This document shows positions 21,991 through 33,309 of a DNA stretch of 64,000 nt, one piece after another; the first letter of the stretch is position 1, and the number at the start of each line of letters is the position of its first letter. The position numbers and the translations under genes were made by a program. Origin of the DNA: Naegleria gruberi (lineage: Eukaryota); assembly GCA_000004985.1 (NCBI GenBank), contig GG738897.1. One strand, given 5' to 3'. Below the pieces are notes generated by a model. That model saw nothing but the letters and a program-made list of their open reading frames with translations, did not search any database and was not told the DNA's origin.

Positions 21991-22283
21991 CTATTTGAAA
22001 TATTTAAGAGAAAGTAATTGAGATGCTGAAGGTCTTTGATTTGCATCTTTTTCTAACATTTTCAAAACTATTTCAATCAATTCGTCCGAATATTCGCAAT
22101 GAGCAGATTCTTTCATTTGATTCTTCAATATTTTGATTGCATTCTCCGCTTGATTTCCCATTAGCAAGTTACTAATCGAAGTTGCCAAGTCATTGGTCAT
22201 GATTTGATAAATTGAAATACCCAATGAGAAAATATCCGTATTATATGAATATGAACTTCCAAGTGCAACTTCAGGACTCATAT
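21991..22283 (-). CDS. receptor-like Ser/Thr kinase gene copy 1, exon 4 (kinase C-lobe end, stop included)
   Basis: The exon encodes ..SPEVALGSSYSYNTDIFSLGISIYQ... It joins exon 3 through a 47-nt GTAAGT..AG intron (22284-22330). Phase is consistent with ..GTPL|Y|MSPEV. Confidence 0.7.
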
Positions 22284-22330
22284 CTGAATAGTTTAGTTTA
22301 GTTTGGGTAATGAAAAATTATAATACTTAC

Positions 22331-24351
22331 AAAGTGGAGTTCCAGCATAGGATTGACCTGTCATTTCTTGATACTTTTTGGCTAATCCAAAATCTGCCAA
22401 TACAATGTCAATATTGTCGCTTGTCATTTTCTTAATAAAAATATTTGTTTGCTTAATATCTCTGTGAATAATGTGCATTTCTTCATGTACATATTTCAAT
22501 GCATTCAACATTTGTTTCAATATTTGCTTGACAATCTTTTCACTGCAATTTTCTTGTTTCAATTTTGTTAAATCTCCCAATTCAAAATAATCCATGTCAA
22601 TAATCAATAAATTGTCATTTGTAATGAAATAATCATTAATTTTGATAATATTGGAATGGTTGATATGATTCAATTGAGATGCTTCTTTCATAATTGTATT
22701 CAAATCTGTCAATGTTTCAAATTTAACAAGTTTGATTGCTTTCAATTTGTTTTTCTTTAAATCTGTCACTTTGTAAACACTTCCAAATGCTCCTTGTCCA
22801 ATTCTTGTAATGTTTGAATATCTGGAGAATGGATTTATCATATCTGAGCCAACAGAAGATCCAGCAGATGAGGAAATAATCATTGAACTAGACGAAAGGA
22901 AAGTTGTTTCGGATAATTCAACATTTCCTGTGTCCAATTTAGCAATTTCAAAGTCCTTCTTTTTCTTTTTTGAGAAACACACGACTATTACAATAATTAA
23001 TATCACAACTATTAGTAAAATCAATAAAACCCCAACAATCGGTATCACAATAGCTACTATCAAAACTGTAGAATCAATTATTGACTGACTTTTGAGTTCA
23101 CAAAATTGACCTTCAAATCCAATCTTACATTGACAAACATCAATATCAGAACATTGTCCATTTCCATTACAAACATTTTCACTTGATGCCAATGTTCCAT
23201 TACAACTCAATTTGGAATCACATGTACTATTCCAAGAATTGTAAGTGTAGTTTCTTCCACAATATGGAATAATCTTTCGAATATAAGCTCTAGCATCAAT
23301 GAAAAAGATTTCACCCGTACTTTCATCGTAATCCACTTGTCTTGCAAACGTTGAAAAGATTGAATAAGTTCCAAATCCATCTCCATTGAATTTTGGGGAT
23401 GCAACTCTTGATCCAGCAATATCCAGCAATAAACCGCTCCGTTTCTGATACATTCGAACAAGAGAAGTTCCACTACCATCCAAAATAATTATATCTCCAT
23501 TCTTTTTCACATAGAAAGCAGAGGGATTATCGATCGATGATTGGAGGGCTGGTAGTTTATCACCTGAATAGCCCTGAATTGAATTTCCAACCAAAGTTCT
23601 TAAATAATAGGTGCCTTCAGATAGTTTTTCAATTCTTCTAATGGTAGCTTGTGTACTTAAATATATGTAACCACTATCATAGAAAATATTTGATATTACA
23701 CCTGGAAATGTCACATTACTCATGATTCCATCATCAGAAATGAGACCATTGTTTGAAAATGTAATATCTATTGACATTGTTTTAGTTGTTTGGCTGTATC
23801 TGTAAATTGCTGAATCCAAGGCGATTAGCAAATCACCAGTCGTATCCTCAACTGTCAATCCATTAATTAAATTAAATTGTGGACATGGAGAATCAACTGC
23901 ATTAATTCCAGTCACGAATGATCCACACACTGTTGATCCAATAACAGTTTCATAATTCATAGTGTCTGGATCGATTCGAATAAATCTACATGTATCCTTA
24001 ATATAGATTTTTCTATCAAATTTTGAGAACACTCCTTGAGCCTTTGCGGTGCCGAGTTGTGCATTGAAAGTAAAATAGGGTGATTTAACTGAAGCAAGTG
24101 GAGTTGTTAACAGTGAGCTACTTAAGGTGGTAGACTTGCCAGTAGTTTCATCAAATTTCTTCAAAGTTCTCATATCCATATAGTAGCTCACTTTCTTTGA
24201 TGCATCTCTCATTAACATTAACGGAGTTAAAGTTCTTGAAGCTGGACTTAGTCCTGCAATTGTGGAAACTCTTCCATTCGAAATTTCACTCAAATGATAT
24301 TGGTTTGTCACAAGAATTCTGGAATCTTGTTTGACAGCTCTTGGTAAATAT
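22331..24351 (-). CDS. receptor-like Ser/Thr kinase gene copy 1, exon 3 (NHL-like repeats, EGF-like Cys module, TM helix, kinase N-lobe and catalytic loop)
   Basis: EGF-like module: CNGNGQCSDIDVCQCKIGFEGQFCE. TM segment: VLIVAIVIPIVGVLLILLIVVILIIVIVV. Kinase motifs: GQGAFGSVYKV, HRDIKQTNIFI, DFGLAKK. An upstream 66-nt GTAAGT..AG intron (24352-24417) joins it to exon 2. Confidence 0.7.
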
Positions 24352-24417
24352 CTACAGTTCCATCATTAAGGCAGGAATTATTCGAATTTTCCCGAATATT
24401 AAAAGAATTATACTTAC

Positions 24418-25509
24418 AGAGCTGAGCTTTCGACTGGAATATTCTCACCATTGAATCCATAAACATAGACGATTGTGTTTGAAACATTAAGATGATCCAA
24501 TCCTCCAATTTTCTTCAATGTAAAACTTTCTAATTGAAAATCATAAAGTTGACCCATATTAAAAAAAAACAAATTTCTATCATTTTTTTGAAATCCATTA
24601 AATGTCAAAGATGTTGGCATTGGCGTGCTGAAAACTAACATTGATCCATTCTTAAAGTCAACATACTCATACAGAGTATTCAATGAACCTGAATATAAAA
24701 ATAAGGAATTAGAATCAGGATATCTGATATTTGGAATAGCAACAATTTGATCAAGATATCCATTTGGAATTGGAATTATTAATTGGTATAAAACTGTAGA
24801 TTTTTGTAAAATACTGATTAGATACTCAGAAGTTCTTAAATAAATTGTAGAATTGTCGAAAGAATCACCAAGTACATCAATCGCACTTGAATAAATTGGA
24901 GATTTGATTATTAAAGTCAAGTTTTGAGTTTCCACATTGAAATTGTAAAGTGATGTATCTAAATTAGTGAAAATCAAAACATCACCATTTCCAATATGGA
25001 TTGAATTGGCGACTAGCATGTAAAAACGCTGTGGAATGTTGGCCGTGTATTTGATTAATCTTTCACAACCCAATAAAGTGGTCATTTTTCCATTTGAAAC
25101 CTTTCGTAAATAATATGCTCTGTCAATAAAGTACAAGTCATTCTTATAGTAGAATGGGAATAAAACACTTCCTGTTGAATACATTTGGAGAGGTGAAATG
25201 TTTTCACCATTTGGATGATTAATTATTCCACCAGATAATGTGGAAACCATCTTGGTTTGTAAATCAATCTTTCGAATACAACTATTCGATTTATCTGCCA
25301 CTATTATCGCATTCTGAGTGATAATTAAAGAAGATGGTTCATAAAACTTGGTATTTAAAGAATCGAATAATTGATTATCACCATCGTATCCTTCTGAACC
25401 TCCAATAAGGATTTTAGTTTCATCTGAATTCAACAATTTCATTTGTATGAAATTATTACTTTGAGATGAAGTGTAAATTTCACCTCCATTCGAAACATAG
25501 ATACCATAT
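24418..25509 (-). CDS. receptor-like Ser/Thr kinase gene copy 1, exon 2 (NHL-like beta-propeller repeats)
   Basis: Continuous ORF 24414..25442 extended upstream to the AG acceptor. A 43-nt intron (25510-25552) with a GTAAGTG donor separates it from exon 1. Confidence 0.65.
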
Positions 25510-25552
25510 CTTTCGTATAATTATTAAACAAATCATTCAATTATTCACTTAC

Positions 25553-26376
25553 AAATTAGATTGAGCCACTCCTCCATCCACAATTCTATACATTCCATTT
25601 CCATCAATTGACTTGACTCTTTCTGCATCTGTAAAATAGACAATATCCTTATTTCCATTAGAAACAACGAATATATTCTTTGGAGATTGTAATTTCAAAA
25701 GCTTGGCATCTACACCATCATAATCACCATTTAAATAACCACCTCCTCCAATAATGGAAGTTTGTTTTGTGGAAATTTCGTATTTCTTGATTAGATTATT
25801 ATCTGTATCTGAAATGTAGGCAAATCCATTGGAAGAAACATAAACACCTCTTGGATTATTAAACGCATGTGCTATAGATGATGTTGTTCTTGTTCTATTC
25901 GAAACTATTCTAATCTTATTATTGAGTGAATCAGCAATAAACAAATCACCATTCAATGGATTCACAGATATAGCTGTCGGTGTATTCAATAATGTACCCA
26001 CAGCCTTCAATCCATCTCCATTGAATCCAGAAGTCACATATCCTGCATAAACTTCTGCATATTTATACATGTCAAAAATCCTAAAAACTACATGTCTATC
26101 AGCATCTGCAACAAAGACATCTCCATTCAAACCAGCACTCAAACCAGTAGGAGACAACATGTAGGCATATTTAGCCTCCACAATATCAAAATTATTGTTG
26201 AAACCTTCAAGTGTCTGTGTATAATAATTGACAGGTGTTGAAGATAGCGATTCCACAACCACCACCACCCCTGTAGACAACAACGCCATGAATACAAGCG
26301 CAAGGTATAAACATTGAATCCTCCTTGTTGTGCATAACATATTCTGACATCCATTGCTCAACCCACTTGTTACCAT
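25553..26376 (-). CDS. receptor-like Ser/Thr kinase gene copy 1, exon 1 (ATG, signal peptide, NHL-like repeats)
   Basis: ATG at 26376. The signal-peptide-like segment is MLCTTRRIQCLYLALVFMALLSTGVVVVV. NHL-type repeats follow (GDVFVADADRHVVFRIFD, GDLFIADSLNNKIRIV, GFAYISDTDNNLIKKY). The four spliced exons total ~1409 aa. Confidence 0.65.
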
Positions 26377-26674
26377 TTTTTTTCAGTGTTTGTTGAAATC
26401 CGCCAGAAATATTCGTTCACTGTCCAGTGAGAAATTTGTGGATTGGTGTAACACAACAAGAACACATTTCCAGCCAAGAAACGTAGAAAAATTTATTGCC
26501 TTGTTTAGAAAAAAAGTTCCACCTATGGCGCAAATTGATTCGTTCCTATGAAATTGGTTTAGCTATGGGGGAAAATGGTTTGCCTGTTGTTTGCCTTCTT
26601 GGTGTGTCTTCAAGCTATTCCTTTTTGCTTAAATTTTTATCAAAACCGGGCACGATAATGCAAAAAGGTGAATA

Positions 26675-26759
26675 CCCAATGCCAGGAATTGAACCTGGAT
26701 CACGTGAATACTGGATTTTACTCCAAGGAGACACTTGTCTTTCATTAGACGACACTGGG
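26675..26759 (-). tRNA. degenerate tRNA-like element (perfect acceptor and T-arm, but no G18G19 and no resolvable anticodon arm)
   Basis: Reverse complement: CCCAGTGTCGTCTAATGAAAGACAAGTGTCTCCTTGGAGTAAAATCCAGTATTCACGTGATCCAGGTTCAATTCCTGGCATTGGG. The acceptor is 7 bp (CCCAGTG/CATTGGG), the T-arm is CCAGG-TTCAATT-CCTGG, and the D-loop AATGAA lacks GG. It is 85 nt long. It could be an intron-containing tRNA precursor, or a tRNA-derived pseudogene or element. Confidence 0.35.
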
Positions 26760-26904
26760 TTGATATTTAGAAAAAATTGGAATGACCTATTTCTAATAAC
26801 AATCGGATATTGTTCATATTTTTGGTTTGCAATAATCAATCAATAGGCAAAAATGCAGTTTTGAAACTTCATTAAAATCTAACCTTAACAAACTAAAAGC
26901 GATA

Positions 26905-26975
26905 TGCATTAGCCGGGAGTCGAACCCGGGTCACCAGCTTGGAAGGCTGGTATGATACCGTTACACTACTAATGC
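26905..26975 (-). tRNA. tRNA-Gly(UCC)
   Basis: Reverse complement: GCATTAGTAGTGTAACGGTATCATACCAGCCTTCCAAGCTGGTGACCCGGGTTCGACTCCCGGCTAATGCA. It forms a clean cloverleaf with acceptor GCATTAG/CTAATGC, anticodon stem ACCAGC/GCTGGT, loop CTTCCAA (anticodon TCC), and T-loop TTCGACT. Confidence 0.85.
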
Positions 26976-27089
26976 TTCCTTTCTATATCTTATATTATGA
27001 GTATTGTATATTATATTTGACATGCTGTCTTATGTGATGAGAATGTAAAATTAATTTCAATAATTGAGTGTATTTCTTGCCAACAAGCC

Positions 27090-28439
27090 CTAACAATAAT
27101 CTTGTAAAGTAAATGAGTATTGGTTCTGGAAATTGGATCTAGCTAGTTTAGGAGCCATTAGCCTCAAGCTTTCCAATAATGATTGTCTCTTCTCTGTCGA
27201 AAAGGAGAAATTTCCAATTTCCAAATAATAAAGGTTTGGTAACATTCCACCACCAAACTTGACATTATCAACTTCGTCCACCAAAACTTGTCCGTATCCA
27301 CCATTCCTTCTCTCCACTCTAAAATACTCAATCTGAGTAAATTCACCTATTCTCGAATAGAAATCTCCAGATATTTGATGACAAACACCAAGGTTCAAAT
27401 GTTTCAACTTAGGAAGAGCCTTCAAGAATCCATACAATCCTTCATCATTAATAGAAACTCCTATATATCCATAGCCATGATCAACGTCAATAGAAATTTT
27501 TTCAAGATTAGGGCACATTCTAGTTATGTACATTAGTATATTTACATCACAATAGTTATGAAAAAATATTTCAAGATCCAACAAATTAGGTGTCAACTTG
27601 AGAATGTCAATAACAAATTTTTGAGATTGTACATCATCCAAAATACATCCAGACACAATTCTCAAGTTTTTCAATGAGGTCAGTAGGGGACACTCGTAGA
27701 AATCTTCATATTTTTCATCTGAAACAGAATCTCCAAAGCTGATCTCCAAATTCTCCACCAAATGACAAAATCTCAACACATAATACATATCACTCAATAA
27801 ATGCTCGAAATACAATTTTAAATTCTTCATAAAGAAACCAAGTGGGATTGTTATAATTTCCTTTTCCTTAACTATTCGTTTCTCCTCAATTGTTGACTCT
27901 CCCTCATTGCTAAAATTAAAGCCAACAGTTGGTTGCAACACAACAAATGGAATTTTTCTTTTTTCATAAATGGAATCAAAATTTTTAACCTCCATTTCGA
28001 AATAAACCTTAGCATTAACAAAATTAAAGAAATTAAATTCCAATTCTTCTGAAAGAAGCTTTAAATTTCCTCTATATTGTTCGGCTATTTTCGTGAACAA
28101 TGCAAAATTAAATGTACTAGCATCAATAACCACATTTTTGCAAATTCTCAATATTGTTGCAATTGACCAATATTCATGTTGATTTTGTACATATTCAACA
28201 GCCATTGGATACATGATCGAAATCCAATCACGAATGATTGAATAATTTCTCTGACAAGTCATTGAATAATTTATCAATCCACCAAACGTCAGAAATTTAA
28301 ACATGTAATTTAATTCATCACTCGCCAATCGATCGAGAATGATCTCGGAATGATCATTTGCAATTTTTGTTTTTTTAGCCATTTCCATATTTTTCAATGA
28401 AAAATCGGAAAGAGTTCCACTATGGGTGCGTTTCAACAT
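27090..28439 (-). CDS. F-box-like / leucine-rich-repeat protein
   Basis: ATG at 28439. The N-terminal segment (HSEIILDRLASDELNYMFKFLTFGGL) is F-box-like. The C-terminal half has LRR-like periodicity (LTSLKNLRIVSGC, LKLTPNLLDLEIF, LPKLKHLNLGVC). Confidence 0.4.
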   Translation of the reverse strand: MLKRTHSGTLSDFSLKNMEMAKKTKIANDHSEIILDRLASDELNYMFKFLTFGGLINYSMTCQRNYSIIRDWISIMYPMAVEYVQNQHEYWSIATILRICKNVVIDASTFNFALFTKIAEQYRGNLKLLSEELEFNFFNFVNAKVYFEMEVKNFDSIYEKRKIPFVVLQPTVGFNFSNEGESTIEEKRIVKEKEIITIPLGFFMKNLKLYFEHLLSDMYYVLRFCHLVENLEISFGDSVSDEKYEDFYECPLLTSLKNLRIVSGCILDDVQSQKFVIDILKLTPNLLDLEIFFHNYCDVNILMYITRMCPNLEKISIDVDHGYGYIGVSINDEGLYGFLKALPKLKHLNLGVCHQISGDFYSRIGEFTQIEYFRVERRNGGYGQVLVDEVDNVKFGGGMLPNLYYLEIGNFSFSTEKRQSLLESLRLMAPKLARSNFQNQYSFTLQDYC

Positions 28440-28691
28440 TTTTTTTAATATTGATTTGCTTTCCGAATTTTTACAACAAGAAAATTTCCACTAATTTCTA
28501 TGAAATACGAATTTATTGTGTTAAAAATAAAATCAAAAAATTACATCTAGAGCAAACATCACAACAACATCCGAGAGCAGGAACACAAACTTAATGTTTC
28601 CCATCATGAGATGATCATTGTCATTTTGCAAATAATTAGAAAGGAGTATTCTTCAGGCTCCTCTTTCTATAGGATAGAATTCTAGTACAAA

Positions 28692-29801
28692 TTAATCTTC
28701 CATGATATCAACCTTTTCATTCAAGGCAGCATCAGAGGCAAGGGATTGCTCAACAAGTTCTTGACTTTCTGAAGGAGCAACTGTGGTTGTTTCTTCTTCT
28801 TCTTCTTGAGATGGAGCAGAACTTTCCTTTTGAGCAGTTTCTTCTTCTTCAGTTTCTTTAACAAGTCTGTGTCTCTTCAAATTGGACAAGTATTTGGATA
28901 AACTCATTGTGAAAACCATTTCTTCTTCATCTTCAGTAGCATCAAAGATAATGTAAACCTTAAAATCATTCTTAGCTTCACTCTTCTTACAAGCAATAAT
29001 ACCACTTTCACCTTCACCAATAATTACATAATCTTCATTCTTCTTCATCCACTCTGGACAATCATCATCGTTCAAGATAAAGATTTCATGCTTGATGAGA
29101 CCAAAGGAATGACCGCCAACATGCTTCTTAGTAATGGTGAACTTGATATCCTCTGGGAATTTAGCAGAGACGAAAGCATTAATTTCCTCTGGAATTGGTT
29201 CTTCATCTCTGTAGGCACGCTTTGGGAGATTGAGCTTAATAGTGGCACCCAACTTTTTCATCAATTCGAAATTCTTCTTAGATAATGGATAGGTCCATTC
29301 TTCCTTTTGCTTATTGGTAGTCTTCTTTTCAGCGGCAACATCTTCATCAGCCATTTGATTTTCAACATTTTCCTTATCTTCAGTTTCCTTCTTAGCAGCA
29401 GCCTTCTTCTTGTTCATCTTTTCAGTGAGTTTACTTCTCTTATCGAAGGAATTCTTACTTGCAGGCTTGGATGCCTTTTCTTCCAAGCTCTTATAATTGA
29501 CGTTCTTTCTTCTTCTGGTACCAGCAACAATGTTGGAAGAATCGAATTCACCACCAACTTTGACCATTCTCTTGGAACGATCCTTTTCCTTGGTTTTGAA
29601 ACCAGTCAAGAGCAAGACTCTCTTACCATTCTCATCTTCCACGAGTTTGGCTCCTGTAATCTTTTCCTTAAAATCACGAGTGCAGACTTGGAATTCTTTG
29701 GCAAGTTCTTTGACTGGAGCAAGTTCTTCATCAATTTCAGTTTCGTCGATTGGATTGTATCTCTTTTTACCGACGCTGATTACTTTAGTGGCCTTTGGCA
29801 T
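28692..29801 (-). CDS. Lys/Glu-rich, probably nuclear, hypothetical protein
   Basis: 369-aa ORF with an ATG at 29801. It has basic and acidic low-complexity segments around a conserved-looking core (EWTYPLSKKNFELMKKLGATIKLNLPKRAYRDEEP...GGHSFGLIKHEIFILNDDDCPEWMKK). E2F-like motifs lie in its upstream region. Confidence 0.5.
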   Translation of the reverse strand: MPKATKVISVGKKRYNPIDETEIDEELAPVKELAKEFQVCTRDFKEKITGAKLVEDENGKRVLLLTGFKTKEKDRSKRMVKVGGEFDSSNIVAGTRRRKNVNYKSLEEKASKPASKNSFDKRSKLTEKMNKKKAAAKKETEDKENVENQMADEDVAAEKKTTNKQKEEWTYPLSKKNFELMKKLGATIKLNLPKRAYRDEEPIPEEINAFVSAKFPEDIKFTITKKHVGGHSFGLIKHEIFILNDDDCPEWMKKNEDYVIIGEGESGIIACKKSEAKNDFKVYIIFDATEDEEEMVFTMSLSKYLSNLKRHRLVKETEEEETAQKESSAPSQEEEEETTTVAPSESQELVEQSLASDAALNEKVDIMED

Positions 29802-29911
29802 TTTTGTGTTAGCTAGATTTGTTGGATTTTTTTTGTTGTTTTGTGTGAAGAGAAGGTGAACAAGAGGTGAGGGCTTTTATTTTGAATTTGATCGTGTAAC
29901 GGTTTTTGAAT

Positions 29912-29920
29912 GGCGGGAAA
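29912..29920. promoter_or_regulatory. E2F consensus GGCGGGAAA (reverse complement TTTCCCGCC) upstream of the 28692..29801 gene; a second palindromic TTGGCGCCAA lies at ~30053
   Basis: GC-rich motifs in an AT-rich divergent promoter region between 29801 and 30427. Confidence 0.25.
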
Positions 29921-30426
29921 TCAACAAATCCAACGATTTGAATTTCCACTTTTCTATGGAAAGACGCAACCAGAAACACAGCAATAAAACATTCGGATAC
30001 AATAGACGTTACATTTAAATTGTGTGAGTTTGTTGCCAGCTGTAATTCACTATTGGCGCCAATTCTTGGTACTAATGGCTTGATGTTGCCAAAGAAGGCA
30101 AGCAAGAGAAAACAACAAAAGATTTCGAAGAAACAACAATTATCATCAATACGTAATGTAACATGATGAAAGTAATGCAAACAATTAAATAATAATCAGA
30201 ATTTACATGTTAAAGATCATGATATTGTTATCCTTACAATAAAGGTGAATGCTGTTTTAATCAATAAATTGCTGCTGTCATCCGTCCTTGATTAAAAATA
30301 AATCTCTTAACCTTCCCATAGTAAGAGAAAGACATTCATAAAAAAACAAGATTATTCACATATATCTCTTCATGTTAATAATTCAATTCGACTTATTATT
30401 CGATTCCAAATTTTAAACGAAACACA

Positions 30427-33309
30427 ATGAATGATCCCTCTAATACTTTCCCAGCAGCGAGCCAGCCTTCCACTACTGATGACAATAATCATGGTGATGA
30501 TGAAGTTGTGGTGAATAACAGTTCATCAACTACTCTCTTTCCAACTTTCCCTCCTTCTCTATCATCAACAATCAATAACACTTCATCATTACTTATTAAC
30601 AACAATAATTCTCTATTTTCATTCCAGCCTCTGCAATCAAACCCACCAATACCATCATCATCATTCTTTAACACTTCCAGCAACAATAATTCTTCTTCTT
30701 CCTTCTTTCATCACAATGATAATAATTCAAACAAAACAAATTTCTTTTCCTCCTCAACTTTTGAAATTAAAAACAATAACAACACGCAACTACGAGCCGC
30801 AACGAAAGAAGAGCAACATCAACAACATGTAATTACATCACCATTATCACCGATAAGCCTACGGCTTACATCTGCTAGTAATAATAATAATAATAACTGT
30901 ACTGGAATTAATAATAACATGAATATTAACAATAATGAATCAACGGAGAGGAGTCTAACAATTTTCAAAGCATTGAATAATAATAATAATAATACTAATA
31001 ACAATTTTAATCACATTAATAATAATAATATTAACAATAAGGAGGCTAGATCATCATCGGAACGAATTGGAAGACAAAATGTAAATAACATCTTCTCTAG
31101 CCCTTCTCATGCTAATAGCAACAATATTCATAACAATAATACCTCTCCATTATTTTCTCTACAAAGTAATAGTAATAATAGAGAAATGGAAATAGATACC
31201 TCAGGATTACTTGATTCTGAGAGGGTTTCATTTAGTATTAGTACATCAACAACAAGTAATCCCATCAATTCACTTCCAATTCCATACCAAACAGGAGTAG
31301 CTGATTCAACTCTTCATATTGCTACTGAAAGCTCATATTCAGAAAATTCACACAATTTACTGAATAATAGTTATGATAATATAAATCCCTCCGAGGAAGT
31401 TATTAGAAAAACAAGACACCAAATTGAAACAGTTGAAAATTGGGTACGACGTGCAAGTTTTTATTATCTAGTGAAGGGATTATCAATAGGATTATTGATT
31501 TTCCTCTTTTTATCCTTATTTGTGGCAGTTCTTGTTGGCCTTGCTACATTTGCCTTGGAAGAAATGAGAACCAAGAGCATTAGAGAAACGGCCAAGTACA
31601 ATTGCTTTATGGCAGATAGTGCAATCAAGAAAAGAATCGAGGTGACTATCACTGCTCTAGATAATATTCGAGAGACAGTCATCTCTTGGGATTACAATGT
31701 AGATCCTGACAAGTTTGACGAGTTTGCTATGAAAACAAGTCAATACCAATACTTTAACATCATTCACACATTTGGAATGACAAGGAATTATACACTAACA
31801 GAGGTGTATCCAATGAATGTTTTGAAGAGTCTTGTAGGACAAGAGATTGGAATTGAACCCAATCATAGGGAACAATTACAGATTGCAATAGAAACAAATA
31901 GTACTACTATTTATGGACCATTCCTTACTATCAATAATCAATACAGCTTGATGGCTCAACAGCCAATCCTTGATTTCAATTTAAATTTCTGGGGATTTTC
32001 CTTGGTTGTTTTGGAGTTTGGAGAAATTTTTCAACAAGTTAACTTGACCTCTCTTTTGGAGAATTACTCTATTCGATTTTATGATAACAAGCAAGGAATG
32101 GTATTTTATCAAAGGCTTCTTTCAGAACATAAGAATTATGATCTGAATAACTTGGAAAATGCACAATTTATTTACGAAGCCATTAATATTACAATTATTG
32201 ATACAACATGGGAAATGCTATTAATTCCAATTGATTATCACGATTCTAGTGTGTTGACATTGGAAATTTTAATACCAATCATTATTGTTGTATTTGGTCT
32301 ATTGGCCATACTCATATCTTCCATATCCTTCTCACGTTATACATTACGAGTTAGGGCAGACAAGGAGACTCTGGAGATATTTGCTTCTACAGACGAAACA
32401 CTGAAAAAAGAAATTGTAGAATTTGTGGAAAATACCTTAAAGAAGGTTGAAAATTACGTAAAAGAAGAAAATAATTTGATAGAATGTATCAATTCCTTAG
32501 ACCCTCTTGTCACTCTATTTATTGATGAATCTGCTTTAATTAACACTGTTAACAGGCCCTTCTTGACTTTATTTGGGTACAATGATGAAAGTGAATTGGA
32601 AAATGTGGACCTACAACAAATCTTGCCACTGTTTGATATCACTGATGTTTACAAAACACATGAGAAAACACCTGCACAAGATAGAGAATACATTCTTCAT
32701 TTCCCCTATGTTGAGGGATGTAAAAAATTCGGAGCTCGGATTAAACTATCTCTAAGCCTGACTTTTAGCAATACCTCAATAACAGAGCCAGTTTTCTGCA
32801 CAATCCTACTCAAGCCATCTGAATCCTTATTGAACAATATTCCAATTGACGAGGAGATTACTGAGAATACGAGCAAGTTTATGAAGACGATAATTGAAAA
32901 TAAGAGCAACATGATGAGTTTTATAGATTTTCTAAAAAAAAAGAGAAGACAAGATGATAGAAATATCATCTTTATTCAAAATGTGAAAGCTTATAAGGTC
33001 ATGAAAAATATACAGGAACGAAATTCGTATATGGAGGAAATAATCACCGATTGTATAATCTGTAAACCAAATGAGAGACTCTATGATGTGAGCCCTGAAG
33101 CATTTGATTCATTCCACAAAAAGGTACGAGAAAGTTCAGAAGATAAATCAGGTGTATTTGATGCTTTGGTAGTCATTGTCATTCAAAATTTCTTCCTTCT
33201 CAATGTGTTTGATAGCTGGCAAAAAGAGAGAACTCGTAAAGAGGCACCTTTGAAGAATTTGTTTGATCCAATTCTCAAATCCAAGACTAAACTTTCAAAC
33301 ATTAACTAA
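30427..33309 (+). CDS. two-TM sensor-type membrane protein with a PAS-like domain and a C-terminal RGS domain; Asn-rich N-terminus
   Basis: First TM: LVKGLSIGLLIFLFLSLFVAVLVGLATFAL. Between the TMs lies a ~250-aa extracytoplasmic region. Second TM: LEILIPIIIVVFGLLAILISSISF. PAS-like segment: (LFIDESALINTVNRPFLTLFGYNDESELENVDLQQILPLFD). C-terminal RGS-like segment: (FIDFLKKKRRQDDRNIIFIQNVKAYKV...FDSFHKKV...NVFDSW). Confidence 0.6.
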   Translation: MNDPSNTFPAASQPSTTDDNNHGDDEVVVNNSSSTTLFPTFPPSLSSTINNTSSLLINNNNSLFSFQPLQSNPPIPSSSFFNTSSNNNSSSSFFHHNDNNSNKTNFFSSSTFEIKNNNNTQLRAATKEEQHQQHVITSPLSPISLRLTSASNNNNNNCTGINNNMNINNNESTERSLTIFKALNNNNNNTNNNFNHINNNNINNKEARSSSERIGRQNVNNIFSSPSHANSNNIHNNNTSPLFSLQSNSNNREMEIDTSGLLDSERVSFSISTSTTSNPINSLPIPYQTGVADSTLHIATESSYSENSHNLLNNSYDNINPSEEVIRKTRHQIETVENWVRRASFYYLVKGLSIGLLIFLFLSLFVAVLVGLATFALEEMRTKSIRETAKYNCFMADSAIKKRIEVTITALDNIRETVISWDYNVDPDKFDEFAMKTSQYQYFNIIHTFGMTRNYTLTEVYPMNVLKSLVGQEIGIEPNHREQLQIAIETNSTTIYGPFLTINNQYSLMAQQPILDFNLNFWGFSLVVLEFGEIFQQVNLTSLLENYSIRFYDNKQGMVFYQRLLSEHKNYDLNNLENAQFIYEAINITIIDTTWEMLLIPIDYHDSSVLTLEILIPIIIVVFGLLAILISSISFSRYTLRVRADKETLEIFASTDETLKKEIVEFVENTLKKVENYVKEENNLIECINSLDPLVTLFIDESALINTVNRPFLTLFGYNDESELENVDLQQILPLFDITDVYKTHEKTPAQDREYILHFPYVEGCKKFGARIKLSLSLTFSNTSITEPVFCTILLKPSESLLNNIPIDEEITENTSKFMKTIIENKSNMMSFIDFLKKKRRQDDRNIIFIQNVKAYKVMKNIQERNSYMEEIITDCIICKPNERLYDVSPEAFDSFHKKVRESSEDKSGVFDALVVIVIQNFFLLNVFDSWQKERTRKEAPLKNLFDPILKSKTKLSNIN
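30879..30896 (+). repeat. (AAT)n codon repeat (poly-Asn) inside the 30427..33309 CDS; more copies lie at ~30977-30993
   Basis: aataataataataataa. Confidence 0.8.

Noticed and set aside
26354-26551. Short ORFs between kinase copy 1 and the tRNA pair (26354..26551, 26139..26354 antisense)
   Set aside because: Each is under 75 aa, with no start context or similarity. The region is promoter or Pol-III-gene flank.
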